Positions 47,404 through 59,779 of a stretch of 64,000 bases of DNA are shown piece by piece; the first letter of the stretch is position 1; each line of letters opens with the position of its first letter. The notes below the pieces were generated by a model that made no database searches, was not told the origin of the DNA, and was given only the letters and a program-made list of their open reading frames with translations. The position numbers were made by a program, and so were the translations under genes. This stretch comes from Octopus sinensis (Eukaryota), in NCBI RefSeq assembly GCF_006345805.1, contig NC_043003.1:52824001-52888000 (forward strand). The letters run 5' to 3'.

Positions 47404-49639
47404 AAGTTGGCAGCGATAAGGCAATAACGTCGTTGTCGTTTACCTGCCACTAAGGCATTGCACCGACCAATGTTGGTCTATTGCTGCTGCTATTACTACT
47501 GCTACTGCCGCTGCTGCTGCTGCTGTCATTTAGATATTTTACTGCGAAATAAAGCGGGAAAATATACCGGGGTGTTAGCAACAACAACGTGTGCTAAATG
47601 TTGCAGCGATTACTGTGGTAGAAATCATAATAATAGACGTTACGACGGCTATTATACTTGTGCCAAGGAAGCTGGTGACACCGGTAACGTTGGCGATGCT
47701 GGCGGTGCTGGTGTTGTTTGTTATTGGGTAAGGATGAGTAATGGGGGATGGATGCTGGTGTGTGTTTCTGATGGTATTAATGGCAGGGCTGGTGTTGGAG
47801 AGAGGACGCTAGCTGATGATGAAGCTGCTAGTAACGGCGAACGGGTGATAATGATAATGATGTTGGCGATGGTGGCAGCAGTGAGTGCTGGTAGTGGTGG
47901 TGTCGGTGATCAAGGGACTGGTTGATGATAGAGGCGGTACGGATGCTAGGAGTTGACTTGTATGATAATGCTGGCAGGCTTGATGATGAGAATGGCGCTA
48001 CTACTAAAGAAGGAGTGTGTCTGCCGTTAGGTGGGAGTTGGGGCCACTGATCGCACCCTATCTTAATTAAGTAGCTGAAAATACATCACAAAGGAATCAG
48101 CTATTGTTTTAAAGGTCATCAGTAGCAATAGTTTGGTGCTGCCATCTACCACGTTCCCCTTCCAGGCATTTAATACATCTAAATCACTCTAGCAGCGAAT
48201 TGAATAAGTATTCCATGAGCCAGCGCTGGAGCCGGTAAGCGGTTGCTCGACCTACGAGAAATAACAGCCAAATCGCCCTCAAATCACACCATACCCTCTT
48301 TAAAAATGGATGATATATTACTTAATGTCGTCCTAAGTATACTCTTTCAGTCTAAAAGAGGTGGTGATCATGTCTGGAATTTTTGTTTTCTACCATAGGT
48401 CAAAGCACGATCTCGTTTGATCTGAAACTAATCAACAAGTACTTCAGGTTATCGTACAGCACGGTTCGAACCTACTACGCGGCACCTTACTAAAGTATGT
48501 TCCCACATGACTTCACTCACCCCAGACCATTATGAATAAAGTTTGGAAGATGGAATCTGTGTGGAAGTCGATTCTGTTTTGAGCCGGTTGCGAAAATTCG
48601 TCACCCAGTTTAACATCCCACCTTAGTTTTTAGCTATCTTTAACACTCTGCTTATAACTAAAACACTTGTATAGTAGTTAAAACATTTTTTTTATCGCAT
48701 AGCCAGAAGAGGAAGGCGACTCCCATGAGTATCTCCGAAACTTATGAAAAGTATGGAGGTTGGTACCCTCATACTGGTAACTTATCTCGAATGATTCCAA
48801 TAGAGTGAACTCTACTAAAAGACACCCACGGACCAGGTGGTGGAGTTATACTAAGTGACCAATGCAACAATCTCTGGGCATGTTTATATAAACAGATCGA
48901 TGTTAAATAAGACATAATTTGCAGATGTCCGTGTTTGCGAACCTCTTCCGAATCCTACTGAAAAACAGCAATGAACTTAAAAAGATGAACGTTAAAAAAG
49001 CCATTTCCGATTCGTAGAGTTTGAAGACGTTCATAGGCGAAAGAAATCAATGTATAATTCATAATTTCATGTCTATTGCAGGTTTGGTTATTTAAAATAC
49101 ATTTTTGGTGACAGTTACTGTAGGAAAACATTAAAATATTATTAAGAATGAATTGATTACTATACAGACAAGTCAGTATAGTTAAGAAGTTCCCTTCGAG
49201 TCCAGTTCCACTGCGCGACATCTTGGGCAAGTGTCTTCAACTGTTGCTTCGAATAGACCAATGAATATCTTGTGAGTGAATTTCGTAGACGGAAACTAAG
49301 TGCAAGCCTGTCGTATATATCTGTGTGTATGTGTGTGTGTGTTAACTGGCGTTGGTTTGTTTACGTTCCATAGGTTAGCGGTTCAGATTTTTAAAATAAG
49401 TACTATGGTGATTTGTTTGACTAAATCCTTCGAGACGGTGCTCCAGCATGACCACAGTCCAATGACTGAAACAAGTAAAAGAATAAAACCATAAAGAAAA
49501 AGGAGTCTTCCTAATACCATTTTTAAAAATGATATTTTCAGAATAAATAACTTTTTATTAGACATAACCATAAATTTTAGACAGAATCGAACCTGTTATC
49601 TCTTCTGTTACAGATTGTCAGTTTAATGGATTCTTTTCT

Positions 49640-50010
49640 TTATTCTTTTATTCTTTTACTTGTTTCAGCCATTTGACCGCATCTATGCTGGGCCACCGCC
49701 TCAAAGAGCCTTAGTTGAAGAAATCGACTACAGGACTTATTCTTTGTAAGCCTAGTACTTATTCTATCGGACTCTTTTGCCGAGCCGCTAGTCACGGGGA
49801 CGTAAACACACCAACATCAGTTGTCAAGCGATGGTGGGGAGACAAACATAGACACAAAGACATACACACACATACACATATATATACATACATACATACA
49901 TACAACGGGCTTCTTTCAGTTTCCGGCTATCAAATCCACTCACAAGGCTTTGGTCAGCCCGAAGCTATAGTAAAAGAAACTTGCCCAAGGTGCCACGCGA
50001 TGGGACTGAT
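49640..50010 (-). mobile_element. SINE-A, 5'-truncated
   Basis: Reverse complement of SINE-A body and part of the head. Confidence 0.8.
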
Positions 50011-50286
50011 TTTCGAAAAGTACGAAAAAAAAGAACATTCAAAAAACAAACTTTACAAAAACGACTAAAAACAAACATATTTAGGATGTTAAAAATAGTT
50101 AACACTAACTAATAAGTTATTTTTTAATTTTGTTCCACTAGCAATAGCATAATCTAAAGTAACTACAGAACTCGTTTAATACGAAATTAATTAATTGATA
50201 AAAACAAAATGTATTTGTTTCGCAGCAAAAAGGAGAGTGCTAGTAGTAATAAGCAGAGCATTTGTTAAAATGAATATGAGGGTTTT

Positions 50287-50685
50287 AAGGCGGCGAGCTG
50301 GCAGAAACGTTAGCACGCCGGGCGAAATGCTTAACGGTATTTCGTCTGCCGTTACGTTCTGAGTTCAAATTCTGCCGAGGTCGACTTTGCCTTTCATCCT
50401 TTCGGGGTCGATAAATTAAGTACCAGTTACGCACTGGGGTCGATATAATCGACTTGATCCGTTTGTCTGTTCTTGTTTGTCCCTCTGTGTTTAGCGCCTT
50501 GTGGGTAGTAAAGAAATAGGTATTTCGTCTGCCGCTACGCTCTGAGTTCAAATTCCGCCGAGGTCGACTTTGCCGTTCATCCTTTCGGGGTCGATAAATT
50601 AAGTACCAGTTGCGTACTGGGGACGATCTATTCGACTGGCCCCTTCCCCAAAAATTTCGGGCCTTGTGCCTAGAATAGAAAACAA
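50287..50685 (+). mobile_element. SINE-B dimer
   Basis: Order is head, core, tail-1, |ggtatttcgtctg, core, tail-2. Confidence 0.88.
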
Positions 50686-51099
50686 ATAAAAAAGAGTTTA
50701 AAAAAGTAACACGATATTACTGGAATTATCTTATATTTTTCATTTAAAAAAAATGTTTTAAACTCGTTTTAGTCATTGGACTGCAGTCATGGTGGGGTAC
50801 CAGATTGAAAAGTTTTGTGGAATAAATCGACCCTAGTACTTAGTCATTTTAAAGTTCGGTCCCTTTTCTATAGTTCTTTTGCTAAAGCGATAGGTTACAG
50901 GAGCGTAAAGCTAATACCCGTTGTCAAGTGATACACACACACACACACACACGCACACACAAACATACATACACACATAAATGCATATACATATATATGC
51001 AATAAGTAAATTGTCACAATTTTATATTTTAATTTCGCGCATGCGCATTGTTTGTTTTTGATTTTGTCGACTACACAGTATAATAGGGTCAGTTGGGCA

Positions 51100-51505
51100 C
51101 CGTCTGTGAGAAAAACAACACCGTGATGCAATTCACTCTGCCTGAAATTTGAAAACGACATGCTGTAAAGTTTGGTATTCGCGCCGGAAGCTCCAATACG
51201 AACGTTTCAGAGTGTTTGGGTGTCGATTTGAGGACATGCACAGAGAATAATAAAAATCAAATATCCAGACAACATCACGGTGTTTGGAGTGATCACTAGT
51301 GATGGTGGCGTTATGCCTCCATTCATCTTCCCACGCGGCCTCACACTGAACTCGGAGACCTATATCAAGTACCTGGAGGAAGAAGTGCTGCCCTGGATCA
51401 AGGAGGTGGCTGTTGGAAGACCCTATGTGCTGCCACGGGACTCTAGCACCAAGCCACACAAGCAGTAGAACCAAATCATGGCTGTCAGATAATTTCTGAC
51501 ACATC
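51100..51505 (+). mobile_element. Internally deleted Tc1/mariner (maT/DD37D-like) transposon
   Basis: N-terminal MQFTLPEI*KRHAV..GIRAGSS is joined to VFGVITSDGGVMPPFIFPRGL.LN.ETYIKYLEE.VLPWI...GRPYV. Confidence 0.75.
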
Positions 51506-52135
51506 ACGCCGGGCGAAATGCTTAGCAGTATTTCGTCTGCCGCTACGTTCTGAGTTCAAATTCCGCCGAGGTCGACTTTGCCTTTCATCCTTTCGTGGTC
51601 GATAAATTAAGTACTAGTTAGGCACTGGGGTCGATATAATCAACTTAATCCGTTTGTCTGTCCTTGTTTCTTCCGTCTGTGTTTCGCCCCTTGTGGGTAG
51701 TAAAGAAATAGGTATTTCGTCTGTCTTTACGTTCTGAGTTCAAATTCCGCCGAGGTCGACTTTGCCTTTCATCCTTTCAGGATCAATTAAATAAGTACCA
51801 GTTGCGCACTGAGTCGATATATTTGACTTAATCCGTTTGTCTGTTCTTGTTTGTCCTCCCTGTATTTAGCCCCTTGTAGGTAGTAAAGAAATAGATATTT
51901 CGTCTGCCGTTTGTCTGTCCTTGTTTGTCCTCTCTGTGTTTAGCCCCTTGTGGGTAGTAAAGAAATAGGTATTTCGTCTGTCTTTATGTTCTGAGTTCAA
52001 ATTCCAGCGATGTCGACTTTGGCTTTCATTCTTTCAGGGTCGATAAATCAAATACCAGTTGCGTACCGGGGTTGATCTAATCGACTTCTCCGCCTCCCCC
52101 AAAATTTCGGGCCTTGCGCCTAGTGTAGAAAAGAT
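51505..52135 (+). mobile_element. SINE-B multimer (three cores, three tail-1 copies, terminal tail-2)
   Basis: Repeated aaagaaata|g(g/a)tatttcgtctg junctions at ~51710, ~51893 and ~51968. Confidence 0.88.
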
Positions 52136-52225
52136 TATATTTTATATTTACTCCTCCACCAGTTCATATTTAAACCTTTAGAGCACTTCGAAGTGTATTC
52201 TATATAAGAGAACACCTGTCTTTAA

Positions 52226-52258
<33 letters not shown>

Positions 52259-52266
<8 letters not shown>

Positions 52267-52546
52267 ATATTTCTGAATGGTCATTTTGCCAGTTTAGCCA
52301 ATAAAAACACACGCACTATATATTTGGTGTTACTTTGCTTCAGTGTTATTTATTTTTTACATTAATCTTAATCTTATTTCGGCCAGAGTTCTTTCGTCAC
52401 ACTCCTGTGACCGCATCAGTGGTCCTTTGTTTTCTTCTTACTTATTTGTGTCTCTCCTTACTAACCGTCAGCCATTTTGTATTCCGAAATATAACAATAT
52501 CTGTTTCAACACACGACTTCACATAAAAACTCTTGCACAACAAATA
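52259..52546 (-). mobile_element. Penelope-like terminal repeat with hammerhead-like motif and inverted tail
   Basis: Same family as 6059-6310. Segment 52481-52546 is the reverse complement of the family terminus seen at 6059-6124. Confidence 0.6.
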
Positions 52547-53225
52547 TTTAAACGTATATATATAAATTTAGTATGTAAGAAGTGGTAAATTTCTGTAATA
52601 AATGTATTTACCATTGTAAAACTGCTTGTATTAGATTTATATTAAATAAACGCTTATAATTTATAACCATTCGACTTATTTATTTAACAAGTTGTCCTGA
52701 TCTATGCGTATTTTTACACCTTGAAACTAGAAATTTAATGTTAAGTGTAAACATTTATACGAAAAGAAAAACGGAAATTCGTTCTGTTATTTAATATTAA
52801 AAAAGAAATACTTTAGTTAAGTCCCCTGTCAAGACCCCTTTGCTTTCTGCTACCCCTATCGACGTAACCAATATCAACTGATATTGTTCAATGCTGCCGT
52901 TCTGTTTATCTTGAAAAGTCTCGAGAACAATGGCTAGTTTTCAGTTTGACACTTCCGTCTTATATGAAGTACCAAAGAAATGATTTAAGAAATTGGTTAG
53001 GACGCCTGAGGAGCTCTTATTCAAATCTTGAGCTTTCTATTGTCCTTGAAGAGCGCTTACCAAAAAGACGATTAAGGTCAATTTTATTCACAATAATTTC
53101 TTCCGTTCATACCAGTTCAGTAATGCCTCAGGTCGTCATATACGAAGAAGACACAGGTTTGTCCTCCCTCCCTTCCCTCTTACGCGCTCTTTTTCCTTCA
53201 CACACACACACACACACACATATAA

Positions 53226-53256
<31 letters not shown>

Positions 53257-53368
53257 CATACATATATATATATATACATACATACATATATACATACATA
53301 ATATATATATATAATATATATATATTACATCATAGACAGACACACACACATATATATATGTATATGTC

Positions 53369-53399
<31 letters not shown>

Positions 53400-53926
53400 G
53401 TGTGCGTGCATGTGTCTGTGCCTGTGTGTCTGTGTGTATGTGTGCAAACATTGCATTCCAAAACCGTTTGTCCATAAACAATTATTGACGGACACTTGCC
53501 TACTAAAACTTGATCACTGAAAACACAAACTCCTATGGATTACTCAAAATAATGTGGGTAATACGAAGAGATTTTACCAACATAACGGCCAGTTAAGTGC
53601 TTTCATTAAACCGGATGTATCTCATCATAATATCTCTTAATAATTTTAACATTTCTAAAACCCAGTTCATTATTTCTACAAATTTTCCTTGGTGTTTCAA
53701 ACTGGACAATACAGATGTATATTTTTTACTGGTTGTCTTATTGAGATCTTGATTAACAAGATGCTCTAATTTTCTACAAGCCATTCATTCTAATTTTGTT
53801 GCTTTCTTCTTTAACGCCTTTGGGAGTGCTGCTGCTCTGATTTCAATTTTCATTAAAGCCAAATACACGTTTTCTTTGTATTTAGTTATTTGTTGTGCAT
53901 TTCTGTATAACTTATGATAATTATGT

Positions 53927-54250
53927 GAAGGCGCGTGGCTTAGTGGTTAGGGCATTCTGCTCACGACCGTATAGTTGTGATTTCAATTCCCAGCGACGCG
54001 TTGTGTCCTTGAGCAAGATACTTTATTTCACGTTACTCCAATCCACTCAGCTAGCAAAAATGAGTAGTACATGTATTTCAAAGGGCCAGCCTTGTCACAC
54101 TCTGTGTCACGCTGAATCTCCCTGAGAACTACGTCAAGGGTACACGTGTCTGTGGAGTGCTCAGCCACTTGCACGTAAATTTCACGAGCAAGATGCTCCG
54201 TTGATCGTATCAGTTGGGACCCTTGTCATCGTAACCGACGGAGTGCTTCT
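53927..54250 (+). mobile_element. CORE-like tRNA SINE
   Basis: gaaggcgcgtggcttagtggttaggg head and ttgagcaagatactttatttcacgttactccaatccactcagc core. Confidence 0.8.
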
Positions 54251-54667
54251 TCTTCTGCGATTATTATTGATAAACAAAATTTGTCTGCTAACAAACACCT
54301 CGAGACCAATCTAAAAAGGAGGTAAGCCATTTACAACCTTGTGTTTGGATCTATCCAAGTGCATACACGTATGTGTGTATGTAAGCTTGCATGTATAATG
54401 CGCATATGTATGTATTTAGGTATGTACACACACACACACATATATATAACTATGTATGCATGTGCGTATATATATATATGTACATATTCTTCTATTTGTT
54501 TCAGTCATTTGACTGCGGGCCTTGCTAGAGCACCGCCTTGAAGGATTTTAGTCGAACGAATCGACCCCAGGACTTATTTTTATGCCTAATATCTATTCTA
54601 TCATTCTCTTTTGCCGAAGCGCTAACCGATTGTCAAGCGATGATGTAGGGGTGGGGAAATACAGAAG

Positions 54668-55008
54668 CACAGACACACACACACAAATATATATATGTAT
54701 ATATGACAGGTTTCTTTCAGTTTCCGTCTACCAAATCCACTCAGAAGGATTTTGGTCAGCTCGAGGCTAAAAAAGACACTTGCCCAAGGTGTCACGCAGT
54801 GGGACTGAACCCGGAACAATGTGTTTGGGAAGCAAGCTTCTTACCACACAACCATGCTTGTTTCTTTTTGTATTCATTTATAATAAAAACAATTTTATGT
54901 TAATCTGAAGGGTTACTCTATACTTTTGTAGAGTACAAATTTATTATTCTTAAGCAAGAATATTATTGACCAAGGCTTCGAAGTCTCGGTCAGCTAAACC
55001 ATCGTCGG

Positions 55009-55048
<40 letters not shown>

Positions 55049-55317
55049 GTGTGTAGTGTTTGAAGTGGTGTATAGATATTGTATATTGAAAAAAAAGAGG
55101 CAGTCAGAATTTTGGATAATTCTTTATTAGCGCTTTTGTTTGTTCAGCGAACTTCCTACGACAAAATCAAAATTGTCCATTTTGATTTTGTCTTGAGTAC
55201 GATAAACGAACGAATGCGCTAATAAAGGATTATCCAAATTCTGACTGCTTCTTTTTTCTCAACATATATAATATATATATATTATATTATATATATATAT
55301 ATATATAATATATAATA

Positions 55318-55350
<33 letters not shown>

Positions 55351-55654
55351 TATATATATATATATATATATTAATAATATATATATATTATATATATATT
55401 ATATATATGTGTGTGTGTGTATAAAATCAAAATAAGCAACAGATATTTTGATTTTATCACCTTACTTCGAGCTGTGCGGATAATACCGGACTGACTGGTG
55501 GTGCTTCAACTTAAGTACCTAATTAAACTGACTCTCAATTATATATACATATGGCCGGATAACTGACAGATGGGTGCGTGGGTTTCCCCCCGACATCTGA
55601 AACTCGGAGTTTTATCATGGCTACCGAATAATTGTCACATATTATATTTACAGG

Positions 55655-55688
<34 letters not shown>

Positions 55689-55713
55689 ATATATATGTAT
55701 GTATATATATATG

Positions 55714-55744
<31 letters not shown>

Positions 55745-55874
55745 ATCAGCCGAAATTACTACGATGATCCGGTTCTTGACTGAAGACTGAGGGGTTCGAA
55801 TGTCCTGTCCATGTTTATTGTATCGTCTTCTAAGAGTTATACGTTCTTGTCCATGTTGTATTTTTCTACATACC

Positions 55875-55918
<44 letters not shown>

Positions 55919-56618
55919 GAGAGAGAGAGGGGAAGAAATAGAGAGTGAGAAAACAGCCACATACACATACACAGACACACACACACACACACACAAATAT
56001 ATATATGTATATATGACAGGTTTCTTTCAGTTTCCGTCTACCAAATCCACTCAGAAGGATTTTGGTCAGCTCGAGGCTAAAAAAGACACTTGCCCAAGGT
56101 GTCACGCAGTGGGACTGAACCCGGAACAATGTGTTTGGGAAGCAAGCTTCTTACCACAACAACCATGCTTGTTTCTTTTTGTATTCATTTATAATAAAAA
56201 CAATTTTATGTTAATCTGAAGGGTTACTCTATACTGTTTGTAGAGTACAAATTTATTATTCTTAAGCAAGAATATTATGACCAAGGCTTCGAAGTCTCGG
56301 TCAGCTAAACCATCGTAGGATTGTGGTGTGTGTGTGTGGTGTGTGTGTGTGTGTGTGCGTGTGTTGTAGTGTTTTGAAGTGGTGTATAGATATTGTATAT
56401 TGAAAAAAAAGAGGCAGTCAGAATTTTGGATAATTCTTATTAGCGCTTTTGTTTGTTCAGCGAACTTCCTACGACAAAATCAAAATTGTCCATTTTGATT
56501 TTGTCTTGAGTACGATAAACGAACGAATGCGCTAATAAAGGATTATCAAAATTCTGACTGCTTCTTTTTTCTAAACATAATATAATATATATATATATAT
56601 AATCTATATATATATATC

Positions 56619-56651
<33 letters not shown>

Positions 56652-56659
56652 TATAATAT

Positions 56660-56702
<43 letters not shown>

Positions 56703-56965
56703 AAATAATATATTTATAATATGTGTGTGTGTGTATAAAATCAAAATAAGAACAGGATATTTTGATTTTATTCACTTACTTCGAGCTGTGCGGATAATAC
56801 CGGACTGACTTTTGCTTCAACTTAAGTACCTAATTAAACTGACTCTCAATATATATACATATGGCCGGATAACTGAACCGATGGGTGCGTGGGTTTCCGC
56901 CCCGACATCTGAAACTCGGAGTTTTATCATGGCTACCGAATAATTCACATATATTATTTTACAGG

Positions 56966-57001
<36 letters not shown>

Positions 57002-57024
57002 ATATATATGTATGTATATATATA

Positions 57025-57059
<35 letters not shown>

Positions 57060-57187
57060 CAGCCGAAATTACTACGATGATCCGGTTCTTGACTGAAGAC
57101 TGAGGGGTTCGAATGTCCTGTCCATGTTTATTGTATCGTCTTCTAAGAGTTATACGTTCTTGTCCATGTTGTATTTTTCTACATACC

Positions 57188-57230
<43 letters not shown>

Positions 57231-57290
57231 GAGAGAGAGAGGGGAAGAAATAGAGAGTGAGAAAACAGCCACATACACATACACAGACAC
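54668..57290 (+). repeat. ~1.31-kb tandem direct duplication (two copies)
   Basis: Markers recur with an offset of 1310-1312 (gacaggtttc at 54705/56015; aaacagcc at 55951/57263). Confidence 0.92.
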
Positions 57291-57537
57291 ACAACACTCA
57301 CACACACACACACACACACACACACATTCACACACACACGCACATACAAGCACATACACACTCAAATCCATGCTTCACTGAAGCCATGTTCGCAGAAGAA
57401 TGTAATAAAAATTCGTTCACGTAAGAAATATTCAACATCAAGGAACCATTCGAAACAGAAATTTGGAAGACGTACATATTTTTAGAACCACAGATATATA
57501 GATTTTTATACGAACATTGTTTTATATTATATGTGGC

Positions 57538-57940
57538 TCTTAAGGCGGCAAGCTGGCAGAAACGTTTGTGCACCGGGCGAACCGCTTAACGGTATTTCGT
57601 CTGACTTTACGTTGTGAGTTCAAATTCCGCAATGTCGACTTTGCCTTTTATCCTTTCGGGGTCGATTAAATAAGTACCAGTTAGGCACTGGGATCGATAT
57701 AATCGACTTAATCCGTTTGTTTGTCCTTGTTTGTCCCCTCTATATTTAGCCCCTTGTGGGTTATAAAGAAATAGGTATTTCGTCTGCCGCTACGTTCTGA
57801 GTCCAAATTCCGCCGAGGTCGACTTTGCCTTTCATCCTTTCGGGGTCGATTAAATAAGTACCAGTTGCGTACATGGGTTGATCTAATCGATTGGTCCCTC
57901 TCCCCAAAATTTCGGGCCTTGTGCCTAAAGTAGAAAAGAT
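57538..57940 (+). mobile_element. SINE-B dimer
   Basis: Order is head, core, tail-1, |ggtatttcgtctg, core, tail-2. Confidence 0.88.
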
Positions 57941-58190
57941 TATATATGGTTCTTAACTTGAGTGGGTAGCATCTCTTTGAAGCCATTTGCGAGTTCACAG
58001 CAGGCAAAGCAATAGTCAAGGAAGCTGTAGAGAAGGTACTTAGCGTTTAGAGCAGTGGTTCTCAACTATTTTTATTTATCCCTTTGATTTCTATTTTACG
58101 CTGATGGATTCTCATAGCTAGTTGAATACTGAGGTCGATGTAGTCGCCTAATCCACTCTATCCAAAATTACTGGGTTTGTCCAAAATTTG

Positions 58191-58266
<76 letters not shown>

Positions 58267-58279
58267 CATTCTCATTACT

Positions 58280-58490
58280 GAAGGCGGCGAGCTGGTAGAA
58301 TCGTTAGCACGCTGGCCGAAATGCGAAGCAGTATTTTGCCCGTCGCTTAGTTTTAAGTTCAAATTCTGCCGAGGTCGACTTTGCCTTTCATCCTTTCAGA
58401 GTCGATAAAATAAGTACCAGATGAACACTGGGGTCGATGTAATCGGTTCATCCCCACTACCCACAAGCTGTCGTTGTGGCAAAAATTTGA
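58280..58490 (+). mobile_element. SINE-B monomer
   Basis: ggcggcgagctggtagaatcgttagcac head and conserved core. Confidence 0.8.
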
Positions 58491-58557
58491 AATGATAATA
58501 ATAACAATTTAGTTCTATATTTCAGTTCTATATTATTATTATTATTATTATTATTAT

Positions 58558-58705
58558 TTGATGAAAACTCTCTGCTAATTTTGCTGGGTATGATGGAAAG
58601 TATCAGCTGTCCACAGCCAGCAGACTAAGGGGACACTTGTTTACTAATCAGGCTTCAAGGACCCTGCGAAGAATTCTTACAGTTCCAAGCAATGCTGATT
58701 TTTGT
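58558..58705 (-). mobile_element. R4/Dong-like LINE extreme 3' end between two (TAA)n arrays
   Basis: - strand QKSALLGTVRILRRVLEA* parallels QKIALLGTAHIPRRTLS* at 61221-61270. Confidence 0.7.
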
Positions 58706-59025
58706 ATTATTATTATTATTATTATTATTCTATGTTTGACTTTTGCTTTATATTTGTACAAGTTGGCTCCAAGTCTCACCCAGAGACCTCAAGAGACAAC
58801 AGGTTGGAAGTTCATGTTGTTGTTATGCCTAGTGTGCCATATATTTGGGGGGTGGGGATGTTGTACTATATGAATGTCTAAAAAAAAAAGGTTTTTTTTT
58901 TTTTTTTTTTTTTTTAAACCGAAAATTATGTTTGTTTTAAACCTTGAGATTACATAGAGAGTATTTTGCGTAGGATATGAGCAGTTCCCATGAGCACTAT
59001 CTTTTGAACTTCTGCCATTTTTGGG

Positions 59026-59072
<47 letters not shown>

Positions 59073-59073
<1 letters not shown>

Positions 59074-59652
59074 GAGTGAGAGAGCAGTTCATGCCATCAA
59101 AGTGACACGGGTAAAATATACGAAGCCCAATATACCCATCATGACCACACGTCTGATAAGGGTACACCAAGCACATGCATCACAACCATATGTGCGCGAC
59201 ATGGTGATCTCATATCAAGATAAACAGCACATGACCTTGCAGGTGGGGCCCAGTTAGAATTTTTCTTCAGGTTGAGTAGCCCATCCCGCTCAAACGGTCC
59301 CTGAATAAGGGATGTTTAAGGATGTTGAAAGAATCACCCATGTTTCCAGGGGAATTATTCAAACCCCAAAGAATCCCTCTCAACACATGGCTATGATGCT
59401 CCCCCACTACTTCTGCTCGTGATCAGAGATGCACATATCGTCAGCCACTAAGGGACATGCTCAACTGGTTAAGGTCAAACAACTGACCAAGCAAATCTGT
59501 GGTATTGAGCAGAATATTTGCTGTAGCCCATCTTTTATACCAAGACAAACAATGTACATGATAACACTTCCAATCAGTTAAGATCAGAAGCCATGAGAGC
59601 CACTGCTGGTCTGCATCAGCATCAGGGCATTTTACTGCATCAGGGCATTTTA
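59073..59652 (-). mobile_element. Unclassified repeat (longer copy of 3881-4311), flanked by (TAA)n/(CAA)n
   Basis: Direct similarity to 3881-4311. Confidence 0.7.
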
Positions 59653-59653
59653 C

Positions 59654-59690
<37 letters not shown>

Positions 59691-59779
59691 GTTATTGTTA
59701 TTATTATTATTGTTATTATTATTGTTGTTGTTGTTGTTGTTGTTGTTATTGTTGTTGTTGTTGTTGTTGTTGTTGTTCT

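Noticed and set aside
47458-47925. 155-aa Cys/Gly-rich ORF
   Set aside because: Composition follows degenerate CTG/GGT/GAT triplet repeats, with no domain motif.
50287-52135. Regularly spaced repeats resembling a CRISPR array
   Set aside because: Units are ~185-bp SINE multimers without unique spacers, there are no cas genes, and the context is eukaryotic.
53028-53060. CTGAGGA-GCTC...GAGC hairpin
   Set aside because: Followed by TTTC rather than GAAA; the hammerhead core is incomplete.
53593-53784. 63-aa minus-strand ORF in non-repetitive sequence
   Set aside because: No recognisable motif, an upstream in-frame stop and no convincing splice sites.
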